Shown in pieces: positions 1-12,097 of a stretch of 64,000 nucleotides of DNA. This DNA comes from Stegostoma tigrinum (Eukaryota), in contig NC_081396.1 of NCBI RefSeq assembly GCF_030684315.1, positions 9,539,628 to 9,603,627 of the forward strand, written 5' to 3'. The notes beneath the pieces were generated by a model that saw only the letters and a program-made list of their open reading frames with translations, searched no databases and was not told the origin of the DNA. The position numbers and the translations under genes are program-made. Positions within the stretch are counted from its first letter, which is position 1. Every line of letters begins with the position of its first letter.

Positions 1-308
1 TAAATATCCAGACAGTGGGCAGTGCTTTAAAAGTTATGGGTTCTGATTACAAGTCAGTTGATAGTGTCACACTTCTGAGAAACCATTGAGATGCAGTCAC
101 TGCGGCTCTATGCTCAAGGTTAGATGGAGACAGGGGTCAGGGAAAACCCGTCAATTGGAACATATTCATGTCACATACATAAAAATCTGACAAATTGTTG
201 AACACTTCACTAATTCATCTCATTTTTTATCCAATGTTTTACCATCCACAACTGGATTTGAGGTTATTAACACCCATGAAACTCATCGAAGTGTGTCTTG
301 ATCAAAGA

Positions 309-545
309 ATCCCTATGGTGTGGAAACAGGCCATTCAAACAATTGAGTTCAGCCCAAGCCTCCAAAGAGCATTTCACCCAGACCCAACCCTTCACCATAT
401 CCCTGAATTTGCAATGGCCAATCCACCTAACTGCACATTTTTGGGCTGTCGGGGGAAACCCACACAGACATTTGCCCTCAAGTATGATCAAACCCATGTA
501 CCTGACGCCGTGACACAGTGTTGTAACCATTGAGCCACTGTGCTT
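309..545 (-). mobile_element. HE1-like tRNA-derived SINE, degenerate
   Basis: Reverse-strand match to the SINE at 4040-4351 (gtgtggaaacaggcc, gcaatggccaatccacctaactgcacat, aaccattgagccactgtg). Confidence 0.8.
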
Positions 546-574
546 CGGTGCTGCACAGTGCAGAAAAGCTCAAT

Positions 575-1235
575 CACTGTCCAGCTTGTGAATGTTCTGG
601 TGTCTCAGTTGGTTGGATAGACATGTGAATCCCTTCCCATACACTGAGCATGTTAACATCTCTCGCCAGCTTGAACTCATTGACGTTCAGTGAATTGAGA
701 TGATTGCCTGAACCCAGAGCCACAGCGACTGCATCTCAAAGGTCTCTCAAAAGTGTGACAACATTGAATCCCATAACCCCATAATCAGAACCTCATAATT
801 TTTAAAGCACTTCCCTCTGTCTGGATATTTACATTGTCAGTTATTCGAGTGAACGTTGCAATTTTCCAAAATATGGAATGACTTAATGAATTTCTTCCCA
901 CAGTCAGAGCAGGTGAATAGTCTCTCCCCAGTGTAACCTGGCTCGTGTATGATCAGGCACGATGAGGTGTGAAATCCCTTCCCTCACTCAGGGCAAATGA
1001 ATCACTTCTGCTCCTGAATGCACTGGTGTCGAGCAAAGTAAATGGATTTGCTGAACTTGGTCAAGCAGTAAGAGCACCTGAGTCAGTGAGAACAGAGAAA
1101 TAGGACAGCAGCTCCAAGGAACTTTGATACCACTTTCCACAATCTGAGCAATTAAAAGGCTTCACAGGTGTGGTGACTGAGTGAATCCCTCGCCACATTT
1201 TGTAGAGCCTCCCCAATATGAAATCGTTCAACCCA
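575..1235 (-). pseudogene. Degenerate tandem C2H2 zinc-finger array
   Basis: Minus-strand translations give KPFNCSDCGKW (~1130-1165), YTGERLFTCSDCGKKF (~890-940) and TCSVYGKGFTCLSNQLRHQNIH (~590-655), i.e. HTGERPF linker plus CxxC...H...H motifs broken by stops and frameshifts. Confidence 0.75.
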
Positions 1236-1384
1236 AATATTGAGAAGTTCCTAAGCAGAAAATAAGGTATTGTGCATTCAGCTTGCATTGTGATGCATTA
1301 AAACAGAGAAAACAAGATGCGTTGAAATGGCAGGCATCAGAAGGGTTGAGCTCTTATTTAGGAACAGTGCAATATGTTGTGCAA

Positions 1385-1560
1385 AACAATCAGCCAATCC
1401 TCGTTTGGTCTTGCCAGTGTAAAGGAGACTTCATTGCGAGCAGCAAATGGAGTGGCCCGAAATGCAAGGAATGCACATAAACCAAAGCTTCACCTGGAAA
1501 GTGTTGGGCAATGGACAGAGAGGAACCGGCAGTGCTTGGGCTTGTGCGATAGGGTGGTGA
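1385..1560 (-). mobile_element. Penelope-like GIY-YIG fragment, old
   Basis: Reverse complement catttgctgctcgcaatgaagtctcctttacactggcaagaccaaacg resembles the IRCSQ.GLLY.GETKRR segment at ~6520-6570. Confidence 0.55.
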
Positions 1561-1647
1561 AGGAGTGTCAGCATGATGGAGAGTGGGACAGGATGTCATA
1601 AAGAGAATGCGCCATCTGGAATGCTGACAGAAAATGGAAGTGTAGAT

Positions 1648-2292
1648 CTGAGACGTAAAGGTATAGAGCCAAACAGGCCAAGCAGCATCGGAGGAGCTGA
1701 GAAACTGACGTTTTGGGTCAAGACCCTTCTTCAGAAATGGGGGATGGGAAGGGGATTCTGAAATAAGTCGGGAGAGAGCAGGAGGTGGATAGAAGATGGA
1801 TAAAGGAGAAGGTAGATGGAGAGTAAACAGACAGGTCAAAGAGGCAGAGTTGGATCCAATAAAGGTGAGTGTAGGTGTGGAGTGAGGGAGGTGACATGTT
1901 GGTCCAGGGAGGATGGGCAGGTCGAGGGGGTGGAATGAGGCTAGGAGGTAGGAGATGGGGGTGAGGCATGAGGGGGGGAAGTGGATAGGTGGGAGGCCAG
2001 GTTAGGGAGGTGGGTAAGAGCTGGGTTGGTTTTGAGATGTTGTTGGGGGAGGGGACATTTTGAAGCATGTGAAGTCCACATTGCTACCATTGGGCTGCAG
2101 AGTTCCCAAGCTAAAAAAGATACTGTTCCTGTAACCTTCGGATGGCATCGTTTTGGCACTACAGGAGGCCCAGGATGGACAATGTCATCCGAGGAATGGG
2201 ATGGGGAGCTGAAATGGCTCGTGACTGGGAGGTGCAGTTGTTTGATGCAAACCAAGCATAGGTATTCCGCAAAGTGGTGCCCAAGCCTCCGC
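1648..2292 (-). mobile_element. Penelope-like element 3' fragment (GIY-YIG C-terminus, C-rich UTR, hammerhead-bearing terminal repeat)
   Basis: Minus ORF contains CIKQLHLPVTSHFSSPSHSSDD, homologous to 56185-56390. Hammerhead-like ctgaagaagggtcttgacccaaaacgtcag lies at 1705-1734 (-). Confidence 0.8.
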
Positions 2293-2349
2293 TGATGTTG
2301 CTGTAGATCTGTTCAGTGGCGACATGCTGCTGGCGATGGAGGAAATGGC

Positions 2350-3602
2350 AGACAATTATCCTTTGGTCCTTCAGAGGCAAGACCTGATCAGGGATGGTCA
2401 GGATGGCTTTGGGTTTTTTGAAGAGGTAACCAACCAAGCGAGATGAAGGCAACACTATAGACATGATCTACATGGACTTCAGCAAGGTCTTCAATAAGAT
2501 ATCGCAAGACAGACTGGTTAGTAAGGTTAGACCACATGAGATCCAGAACGAGCTAGAGAATTGAATACAAAATTGGCTTGACTGTAGGAGGAAGCGGGTG
2601 GTGGAAGGGTTGTCTTTCGGGCTGGAGGCCTGTGACCAGTAATATGCTGCTAGGATTGGTGCTGTCTCCATTGTTGATTGTCATTTATGCAAACAATGTG
2701 GATGAGAATAAAGGAGGCATGGTTTGTAAGTTTGGAGGTGGCACTAAAATTGATGGTATAGTGGACAGTTATTAAGGTTACCTCAGATCACAAAGGCATC
2801 TCGATCAGCTGGACCAGGAGACCAAAGAATGGCAGATGATGTTTGATTCAGATAAATATGGGAAGTGGCATTTTTGGTAAGGCAAACCAGGGTAGTACTT
2901 ACATTTAATGATCAGACCCTGCAAAGTGTGGTCAACCAGAGATGCCTAGCAGTACAAGTAAATAGTTCCTTGAAAGTGGCATCGCAGGTAGACAGAGTGG
3001 TTAAGAGGGCATTTGGCACATTTGCCTCCATTGGTCAGAGCATTGAGCAGAGGAGTTGGGACATCATGTTGCAGCTCTACAAGATAAGGCCACGTTTGAG
3101 TTACTGCACACAATTCTGATCACTCGTCTATCGGTAGGGTGTTATTAAAGAGGAAAGGGTACAAAAAGGCTTTATGATGTTGTTACCAAGACTGGAAGGT
3201 TTAAGGAGAGGCTGGATGGGCTGGAAATTCTTTCTCTGCAGCTGATGGGTGACAGTAAAGAGATTTATAAAATGATGACGAGCACAGAGAAGGTGAATAG
3301 CCAATGTCTTTTCCCTCGGGCCAGGGAGTCCAAAACAAGAGGGCTGATGTTGAAGCTGAGAGAGGAAAGATTTAATGGGGATCTGAGGGGCATTTTTTTC
3401 TCATAGAGTGTGGTGCTCATATAGAATGAACAGATGGAGGAAGTGGTAGAGGCGATAACAATTACAGCATTTAAAAGACGGCTACATGGATAGGGAAGAT
3501 TTAGAGGGACAACGGGAAAATGGGACCAGTTTATTACGGGAAACCTGGCCGGTTTGGATGAGTTGGGCTGAAGAGCCTGTTTCCCTGCTGTATGCGTCTA
3601 TG
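2350..3602 (+). mobile_element. CR1/HER1-like LINE, 5'-truncated, degenerate RT C-terminus and 3' UTR
   Basis: YMDFSK.F.K, WRPVTSNMLLGLVLSPLL, KFGGGTKIDG and SLKVASQVDRVVKRAFG fragments with stops. CR1-type 3' tail ctgtatgcgtctatg. Confidence 0.9.
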
Positions 3603-4039
3603 TCCCTTTGATTACAGAGACAGGTCGGGTGGAAAGTGAGGACAAAGGGAACGCTGGCCTCATTCTGGGAAGAAGGGGAAGGGGCAAGAAAGCAGTGTGT
3701 AAAATGCGCCCCACGTAGCTAACTATGCCATCAACGATGGGTGTTGAGGTTGTGCAGGTGGAATCTTTACTGAGAAAAAGGGAGAACACAAAGTCAGGAA
3801 AAACTATTCTGTCTGCACAGTGCTGCTGAGTTTCTGCAGAATTTTCTCTTTTTATTTCTGATTTCCAGCATCTGCGGTATTTTGACTTTGTTTGAGTGAA
3901 AACCTTTTGAATCGGGTTGTGCAGCATTTCTGCCAAAAAAGCGACAGGCAATAGCCATCTACAGCAAAAGACGATCGAACCATTTCCCGTGTCACTCAGT
4001 GGAATTGCCGTTGTGGAGTACACCATTATCAACATGGTG

Positions 4040-4351
4040 GCAGGACGGTGGCTCAGTGGTTAGCACTGCAACCTCACAGACCCAGGGACCCGGGTTCGAT
4101 TCCAGCCTCGGGCAACTATCTGTGTGGAGTTTGCACATTCTCCCCACATCTGCGTGGGTTTCCTCTGGGTGCTCTGGTGTCCTCCCACAATCCAAAGATG
4201 TGCAGACAGGTCGATTGGCCATGTTAAATTGCCTGTAGTGTTCAGGGGTGTGCGGGTGAGAGGGGGATGGGTTTGGGTGGGATGCTTCAAAGGGCGGTGT
4301 GGGCTTTTGGGCCGAAGGGCCTGTTTCCATACTGTAGGGAATCTAATCTAA
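4040..4351 (+). mobile_element. HE1-like (V-SINE) tRNA-derived SINE, full length
   Basis: Pol III A box TGGCTCAGTGG 4049-4059, B box GGTTCGATTCC 4093-4103, V-domain tgtggagtttgcacattctcccc, CR1-like 3' end ggccgaagggcctgtttcc and (aatct)n tail. Confidence 0.9.
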
Positions 4352-5829
4352 TGTCATCTCAAATGTTAAATAGTGTGTCAGAATCTGGGAATGACACGGA
4401 GCATATTTGTTCTCCTGACTTGCCAAAGTCTTCCACCATTTAAAAGGTTTCAATCAGGAGTGCCCTGGTTGGGGGCAACTCAAATGATATTCAAGTGACT
4501 TGAATTCTAAGGACCAGATAGCCCACTTGACCAGAAAGCCATCCAACATGGACACATAGCAGCAGTCAGCACTACGTATCATGTACACTGCACTAACCCA
4601 CCAAGTTCTTGAGACAGTAACTTCTAAACTAATAACCTCAAACCCCAGGAGGGCAAAGCAGAAGATTTATGTCAGCACCACCACATACAAGTTCTCCACC
4701 AAGACATGCACCATCCTCATTTGGGACGATTGAAGCATCTCTTTTCAGTAGCCACGTCAAAATCTTGATACCCCCTTCCTTATGGGCATGAGCAATTAAT
4801 ACAAATCCAACCAGCGAAACCTACTTGGCATGACCCAATTCAATACGGATTTATAAGAGACAGGAAGATGGCAAGAGAATGCATTGAAAAGCAAATCAGT
4901 CATAATATATCAGTGGAGCAGACTGAATGGGCCGAGTTGTCTAGTTCTGCTCCTATTCCTTCTGACCTTATTGTCTAATAAGTATTGAAACCCTGTTCAG
5001 AGACCACACAGGCATAACGGGTCGATTGCCTTCATTCTATGCGACAAAAGTTCTTTGATTCATTTTGAGTCGGCAAAAATAGCTCTCCACAATTTAATTG
5101 AAACGAGGTTTCCCAATTCAGCACTTCGTTCAAATCGTAACATTTTCTGGGGCAAAAAAAATAGAAAACTACATGACAATGGCCTGAGGAATTTGATGGA
5201 AATGTTTGAACTGGATATGATCAGAGATTGGGGGTTTAATGTGCATGGCAATAGGTTAGTGCCACGTTGTATCACTGGAAATGCAGTCAAGTGAATTTGT
5301 CCTCGATGTTGTGTCCAGTTGGATCACTGCTTAGCACTCTAGTTTATCATTCACTGTGAATTTCAAGATGAAAACTCGAAATGTAGTCATAAATTGTGTT
5401 GATAGCATTTAGAGAAGCTGTTTTGTCATCCACGTGAGCAGTCAAAGTGCAGTAATCTCCGAACTGATTCAGAGAGCTGCTACTTTCTGTAATATCATTC
5501 TCACTTCTTGATGCTGAAATGTCCTCAAAAGCAAGTCCCCTGTTCAGAAAGTTCCAGCACTCAAAATGCTTAAAAAATCATATTCCTCAAGACCTCAACA
5601 AGTGAAAATATTGTCCCTGCATCTACATTGTCAAAATTTTATTCAGGTGAAAGAAAGATTTCTTTTATCATACTTCTCAAAGATCACAACTTGAAAGAAA
5701 GAAAGCCCTGATTCACAAATTTCAGTTCATATGATCCTCCTGCTATCACGGAGATAAAAGCTTCACTCCCACAGTGGATATGATGCCATTTTTGTGGTCA
5801 GGAAAGCAATACTGTACAATACTGTACAA

Positions 5830-7160
5830 ACTGGTCTATCACTGACTCCTCCCTTCCCTTCCTCGACATTTCTGTTTCCATTTCTGGGAATAGACTGGCC
5901 ACTAATATCCATTACAAACCCACCGACTCCCACAGCTACCTGGGCCATACATCCTCACAGCCCAATTCCTGTAAAAACTCCGTCTCATTTTCTCAGTTCC
6001 TCGGTCCCCATTGGCATATATTCAGATGAGGCCAGCTTCGACAACGGAGCCACCGAAATGTCCACATTCTTCCTCAACTGAGGATTCCCCAGCTCCGTTT
6101 TCGACAGAGCCCTCAATCAGGTCTGACCCAAGTCCCACACTTCCTGCCTCTATTCTTCACTTCCCTCCCTCAAGAGCAATAGGGCTCCCTTCATTGTCAT
6201 CTACCATCCCACCAGCATTCACATCCAAAAGATCATCACGCGCAATTTCTGCCACCTCCAGTGAGATGCCACCACCACACGCATATTCCCCTCCCCTCCC
6301 TTGTCTGCCTTCCGCAGGGACCATTCCCCTCCAGGACAGCCTGATCCACACTTCCTTCACCCCCAACACCTCCCCACAGCCCTACAGTACCTTTCCCTAT
6401 AACCAGCGAAGGTATAACACCTGCCCATTTACCTCCTCCCTCCCCAGTACCCAAGGGCCCTAACATACCTTCCAGGTAAAGCAACATTTCACCTGCACTT
6501 CCAAGAATCTCGTCGACTGCATTCGCTGCTCACAAGCTGGTCTCCTCTATCTTGAGGAAACAAAGCGGAGACTTGGCAACCGCTTCGCAGAACATTTACA
6601 TTCTGCTCGCAAAAAAGACGCTGAACTACCTCTTGCCTGCCACTTCGATGCACCACCCTGCTCTCAGGCCAACATCTCTGTCTCTGGCTTGCTACAGTGT
6701 TCCAGTGAAGCCCAACACAAGCTGGAGGAACAGCACATCATTTTCTGCTTGGGGGCCCTGCAGCCCTCCCGACTCAATATCGAGTTCAATAATTTTAGGG
6801 CCTAAACTCTCGCATGTCCCAGCCCCCCACCCAATATCAGGCCTTGTTACCACATAGCCTGCCATTACACACACCCTGTTGTTAGTCACTAACAGTGCCC
6901 ATTAACTATTATTCACCCTCCCAGCCTGATCATGAACGACTCCTTTTTCTGTCCGACTGTCTTTCTCTCTCTTTGGGCTCTATCTTATTGTTTACTCCCA
7001 ATGCAAACCAACTCCCAATTTTCTGCATGTAAACCGATGTTTTCCGAGCCATCATCAGATCTGAGGAAGGGCCACTGGACTGGAAACATTAACTCTGTTT
7101 TGTCCTCCACAGATGCTGGCAGGCCTGCTGTGTTTTTCCAGCAACATTGTATTTGTTACT
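5830..7160 (+). mobile_element. Penelope-like retroelement, 5'-truncated (RT thumb + GIY-YIG endonuclease + terminal repeat)
   Basis: Frame-broken translation HYKPTDSHSYL...SDEASFDNGATEMSTFFLN...CIRCSQAGLLYLEETKRRLGNRFAEHLHS...HKLEEQHIIFCLGALQPSRLNIEFNNF. Degenerate hammerhead ctgaggaagg..ggaaacatt at ~7061-7090. Confidence 0.9.
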
Positions 7161-7192
7161 GAACCAACTACTCCGGGTGTGTGCTACAAATG

Positions 7193-7515
7193 GGGCGGCA
7201 TGGTGGCTCAGTGCTTCGCACTGCAGCCTCACAGCACCAGGGACCTGGGTTCAATTACAGCCTCAGCAACTTTCTGTGTGGAGTATGCACAATCTCGCCA
7301 TGTCTGTGTGGTTTTCCTACAGGTGCTCCAGTTTCCTCCCACCGTCCCAAGGTGCGCAGGTTCGGTGGATTGGCCATGCTAAATTGCCCATATTGTTCAG
7401 GGATGTGTAGATTAGGTGGGTGAGAGGGGGGTGGTTCTGGGTGGGCTGCTCAGAGGATTGGTGTGGACTTGTTGAGCTGAAGGGCTTGTTCACTCAGTGT
7501 GGGGAGTCTGTGATC
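7193..7515 (+). mobile_element. HE1-like SINE
   Basis: ggcggcatggtggctcagtg A box, gggttcaatt B box, V-domain, ggccatgctaaattgcc. Confidence 0.85.
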
Positions 7516-7692
7516 GATCTTAAATGGGAAGTGCTTCTGATCAATGTTTCAAGGTAGTTTATACTTTCTAAAGTTGTCATGTGAAATAAGGTTTTAAAGG
7601 GAGAATAGCGTGAAAGCAGTCTGCGGGTAACATGAGATGGAACAGAATATGCAGCAGTGTACATTACTTTTCATGTTAATTAATGCTACTTT

Positions 7693-8305
7693 TCACTTTT
7701 CAAATATTTTAATAGACTTTATTGGATATTCGGTTGCAATTTTAATTCAGTTCTGAATTCAGCCTGGGTCGCCAGTGTAAATTTTTAAAAAATGGAAGAA
7801 GGAGCTTACTAGCCGAGCCATAAATCCAATTTCTTGGACGATAAGTGTAGAATAGCTGACTTTGGAACCTGGAGTACAGGTAATGTTTGCGAGTTGGGCA
7901 AATGGGATCCAAAATAAATAACAAATGTAATAGGATGATATTAGCTGAGATGGTGAAGAGTAAATCAATTAACTTTCACTGCTTCACCATCTCTGGGTCA
8001 TCTATATTCATACTGTTGCTCCGAGACCAGACATTCCTGTAAGATTTATCGATCATTAGAGTATGTTTGGCAATGAGCAGTAAAATCAGAATAAATGGAA
8101 GTAGAGGTGTTAAAATGAATGCAACTCAGTATGGCTCATGTAGGCGATGTATAAACAATTAGTTTTACGCTGCAGAACCAGGGTATGTTGTTAATCATGG
8201 AGGTAGCATCCTATTCAGAAAAATACAACAAGGCATTTTTTCCTGCACAGGCCAAAGTGAAGACGATTTCTATAATAAACGGACCCATCTTCGCAGTGCA
8301 ATTTC
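7693..8305 (-). pseudogene. GPR139-like GPCR pseudogene (TM4-TM7 half), inverted relative to genes A-C
   Basis: Minus strand encodes MINNIPWFCSVKLIVYTSP, ILTPLLPFILILLL, FMARLVSSF..IYTG and EFRTELK..EYP, colinear with 14650-15170 and 36660-37150 but with frameshifts and stops. The 5' part is lost at a repeat insertion (~8305). Confidence 0.85.
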
Positions 8306-8399
8306 GGATGAAGGGCCGAGTGTTGAAACGTCAGCTTTCCTGCTCCTCTGATGCTGCTTGGCCGGCTGTGATCATCCAGCTCTGTGCCTTGTTATCCCA

Positions 8400-8800
8400 C
8401 TTTTCTGTCAAGTGCTTTCACTCTCCTCTCGAATTCAGCTCTTTTGTCAATGTTTGAACCAAGGCTGCAATGAGATCAGGAGCCGAGCAGCCCTGACAGA
8501 GCCCAAACTGGGCGTCATTGAGCAGGGTGTTGCTGAGCAGGTACTGCTTGGATCGCACTGTTGATGAGATATTCCATTGCAGACGATCAACTGTAGACAG
8601 ATTGGCCAGTAATTGGTCAGATTGGATTTGTCCTGCTTATTGTGTACTGAACATCGCTGAGCAATTTTCCAAATTGTCGGTGAGATGCCGCTGTTGCGTC
8701 TGTACCTAACAGCTTGGCTCGAGGCGCAACAGATTCTGGAGCACAAGACCTTCATTACAATTAGTGGAATATTGTCAGGGTCCATAGATTTTGCCTCCAA
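8400..8800 (-). mobile_element. CR1/L2-clade LINE RT fragment
   Basis: Minus ORF KSMDPDNIPLIVMK...SGISPTIWKIAQRCSVHNKQDKSNLTNYWPICL, the typical pre-RT segment. Confidence 0.8.
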
Positions 8801-9049
8801 CCGTAACCTTCAAGCACTTTGCGCAACCTGAAGTTGAAGAAGGTGTTACATCAAGGTTGTTTCTTTGCACAACTGACTTTAGATGTTGCGCACTAGCGCC
8901 TTGTTGCAAACGAGTTTGCATGAGTTGTTGAGAAACAAATCACACTAAAATTCTGTTGATGGACAGATTCACAGGCGCATCAGCGTTATAGTAGGCGAGC
9001 CAGCCTGTTTCTGCATTCAACGTGAACAGCTGTTTGGTAACTCCAATAC

Positions 9050-9265
9050 ACTAGCAGAGGCTAGTTGTATTATTGCTGGACTATTAATTCAGAGACGCGG
9101 GTTCGGACACTGGAACTTGGTTTTTTTTAAAAGCAAGGCGAAAATTAAGAGTCTGACGATGACTGTAAATGCATTCTCGATTGTTGGCGAAAAAAAATCA
9201 TCTGATTCACGACTGTCCTTCAGGAACAGAAACGGCCATCCTTCCTCGATCTCGCCTACATCACT
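9050..9265 (+). mobile_element. SacSINE/DeuSINE-like SINE fragment
   Basis: Similar to 19445-19810 (tattattgctggactattaattcagagac, aaatcatctgattcac...gtccttcagga). Confidence 0.65.
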
Positions 9266-9789
9266 CAATAATATCTGGAAATCTGTCGATCTCGCCAGCA
9301 AAAATACACAATAATTGAGTTTCCACAGCTGGGGTAAATTCCATATGCAGTGGCAAAGCCTTAACATGAGATCTTTGGCGACATTAAGCTGCTGTCTGCC
9401 TGAACGAGATACAAATCAGAAGAGACTACTCATAACACTGCGTGATGAATTTTCGAGCAGGAAAAAGTATACTTTGCAGAAAACGGCTCATGTTTGAATG
9501 CTCACGTGGACTTGTCACAAAATATTTATGAAATTACAGACTGAAATTGACAAGAGAACAATGAAATTTAAAAGATTTTCCACAAGCATCAGTCCAGTAC
9601 TGCGTTCCAACATAAATGGTTTCAGAATAAAAAAAACATGCAATATATTTACATCTGTCCAAAAAAAAATGCAGTCAATGACTGAATAATCATTGTTCTT
9701 TGTCTGCTTCTAGAAACTTAAGGATTGCAATTTAGAAATTTGAAAAGGATACTGAAGAAAACATTTCACAAATCTTCAGCAGAAATAGT

Positions 9790-10170
9790 TCTGGTGTTTG
9801 ATGCTATGATGCAAAAACAAGGCTAACGTAATGTTGGCCTTCATAATAGATGGATAGCATACAAGCACAGAGATGTCTTTCTGGTTTTGTGCAGAGCCTT
9901 GGTGAGACCTTGGCTATGCACGGAGCGCAACGAATGTTTACCAGGCTGATTTTGGCAGGACTGACCTGCAAAGAGGAAGTGAGTTGGTTATAACTATACT
10001 TAATGGAGCTGAGAATATTAAGGGGGAATCATTTAGAAGCTTAGAGCATTCTCACAGGAGTGGGCAGGGTTAACACAGAAATGGCATTCTGCATGACCAG
10101 GGAGTGCAGAACCAGGGCAAGCTCGAAGAGCTGAATGATCTATTCCTGCTCCTATTTTCTCTGGTTCTAT
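9790..10170 (+). mobile_element. CR1-like LINE fragment, degenerate
   Basis: gccttggtgagacc, tttaccaggctgat and tcctgctcctattttctctggttctatg tail. Confidence 0.7.
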
Positions 10171-10520
10171 GGTGAGTGACCACTGGATGAGGGGGCCACA
10201 TCGTGCCTGCTCTGTGGTTACATGTACTGAGGCAGAATTTGGCTGCATTTTCCATGAAGGGATGATTTTCTAATCACGACCAGCAGTGAAAATCAATGCT
10301 TTGGTCTTATCTCAATCTCCAGGCAGTCACCGTTTCTACAATGAAATGTTAGTGGGACGGCTGTGGTTTCAGTGTACTTCACGATTAGACGGCAAAGGGA
10401 AATATTTCATCCATCAAAACATAAACATCAGCTGGCAACAGCTGCACACTTCTGTTTGTTACAAGCACACTTCAGTAAAATTTACCGAGTGAATGAACTC
10501 CACCGGAGCGTGGAGGGCGG

Positions 10521-10528
10521 TATAAATA
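10521..10528 (+). promoter_or_regulatory. TATA box of GPR139-like gene A
   Basis: TATAAATA 59 nt upstream of the ATG at 10580. Equivalent TATAAT (26105) and CATAAATA (63869) sit at the same distance before the paralogous ATGs. Confidence 0.6.
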
Positions 10529-10579
10529 TCACCAATTTTACACTGAAATTCTGAACGGAGATCAGACTGTCTGATAGAA

Positions 10580-10649
10580 ATGCACGTAGCACTAGAAGGT
10601 TTGCTGTTGGCCATTTACGACCACGTCATTGCAGCTATCGGAGTTCCTG
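10580..10649 (+). CDS. GPR139-like GPCR gene A, coding exon 1
   Basis: ATG...MHVALEGLLLAIYDHVIAAIGVP+G, 70 nt, followed by donor GTAAGT (phase 1). Same length and phase as the exons at 26162 and 63925. Confidence 0.85.
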
Positions 10650-11399
10650 GTAAGTTACTGTGCCTAGTTCGTGACTGCTCGAATGATGGGTAAACTGCAG
10701 CCAATGAGACATTTCATTAGAACCGCTTCTGCACGTTTCAGGTACCCAGTCTCCGATTCAACATCTCCTCATTAGTGCCCCCCCCCCCCCGCCACCCCCC
10801 CACCCCCGACTTACCAACATACTGGATTTTGTTTAGGTGCGTTTTTTTTACCATCAAACTTTCATGCCTTCGGTACTACAACCTCATAATCTCTCCCACT
10901 TCTAGCATTTTGACAAAATTTGGAGGGATTAATCCGTAATTTCTCCCAAGTTATTATGTTTGCTTCAAAATCTAAATCCCAAGGTTTCATCATATTGCAC
11001 CTGTAATTTGACAATTAGCAGTATTCTGTCTCCCGAGACGTGAACAATTTCATTGTTCCAATTCGATGATTCTACAGTTTAGACCTCAGCAGATAAATGT
11101 AGTAGAGATGCACCAAAGGCCCGCTTCCTGTGTGAATCGGCACAATGTTACCATGGCGTCAAATCAGTTCTGTTCTGGCATTGACTATGTTCTTATGGGT
11201 AAATTAATGAAAACTTTACTGTTGTGCAAAATGGTTCTGAGTGGACACTGAAATTTGAGTACTCACATCACTTTGCGAATTACGCCTTCCATGAGTCGCT
11301 TCAACTGTGAATAAGTTGTCCTATTCTTCACAGAGTGCAATTGCAGATTTGTTGTGGCACTGCCAACTGCAGGAGAAGAAACACCATGAATTAAATTGA

Positions 11400-11563
11400 T
11401 AAACTGCTGATGCTGGAGTGAGAGTTATCACAGTGTGGAGCTGGAGGAACACAGCAGGCCAGGCAGCATCAGAAGAGCAGGAATCACAGCCCAAAACATC
11501 AGCTTTCTTGCTCCTCTGCTGCTGCCTGGCCTGCTGGGTTCCTCCAGCTCCACACTGTGTTAT
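11400..11563. mobile_element. Inverted dimer of Penelope-derived short element with 14-bp TSD
   Basis: Arms cacagtgtggagctggaggaacacagcaggccaggcagca / tgctgcctggcctgctgggttcctccagctccacactgtg. ATGAATTAAATTGA at 11386-11399 and 11562-11575. Confidence 0.85.
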
Positions 11564-11714
11564 GAATTAAATTGAGATATGTTGACCATAGAATAATGTC
11601 TGACTGACTTTAAGTCAAGCAAATGTTAAAAGAGACAGTATATGACACCGAGATAATGGCCAAATCTATTTTTTAATCAGCCTGCTTGTCCGCACTTGAT
11701 TGCATTTCAGTCCA

Positions 11715-12010
11715 GTGATTCAGTGGTTAGCACTGCTGCCTCACAGTGCCAGGGACCCAGGTTCAATTCCAACCTCAGTTGTCCGTCTGCGTGCAGTTTG
11801 TACGTTCTCCATCTGTCTGCGTCTGTTTGCTCTGGCTTCCTCCCACAGCCCAAAGATGTACAGGTTAGGTGTCCATAAAATTTTCCATATTGATCAGGGT
11901 GGTGTAGATTAGATGGGTTATAGGGGAATGTGTCTTGCAGAATGTTCTAGGGGTCGTGTGGACTTGCTGACCCAAGGAGCCTGTTTCCACACTGCAGGCG
12001 TTCTTTGATT
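11715..12010 (+). mobile_element. HE1-like SINE
   Basis: cagtggttagcactgctgcctcacagtgccagggacccaggttcaattcc ... gcctgtttccacactg. Confidence 0.85.
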
Positions 12011-12097
12011 TCTGTGCCCACCTTATCTTGAGACGGAACTTGAATCCAACCTTTCCCACCCAAGATAACGAAACAACCACTGCAAGAAAGACCTCAA

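Noticed and set aside
4040-4110. tRNA-like A/B boxes
   Set aside because: SINE heads continuing into the V-domain and LINE-like tail, not tRNA genes.
11429-11559. CACAGTG/CACTGTG heptamers here and at ~514, 554, 11742, 39134, 39226, 42236, 50025, 59216, 62569
   Set aside because: Mostly inside SINEs or Penelope-derived repeats, and none has a nonamer at 12 or 23 nt. Only 60327-60365 is a valid RSS.
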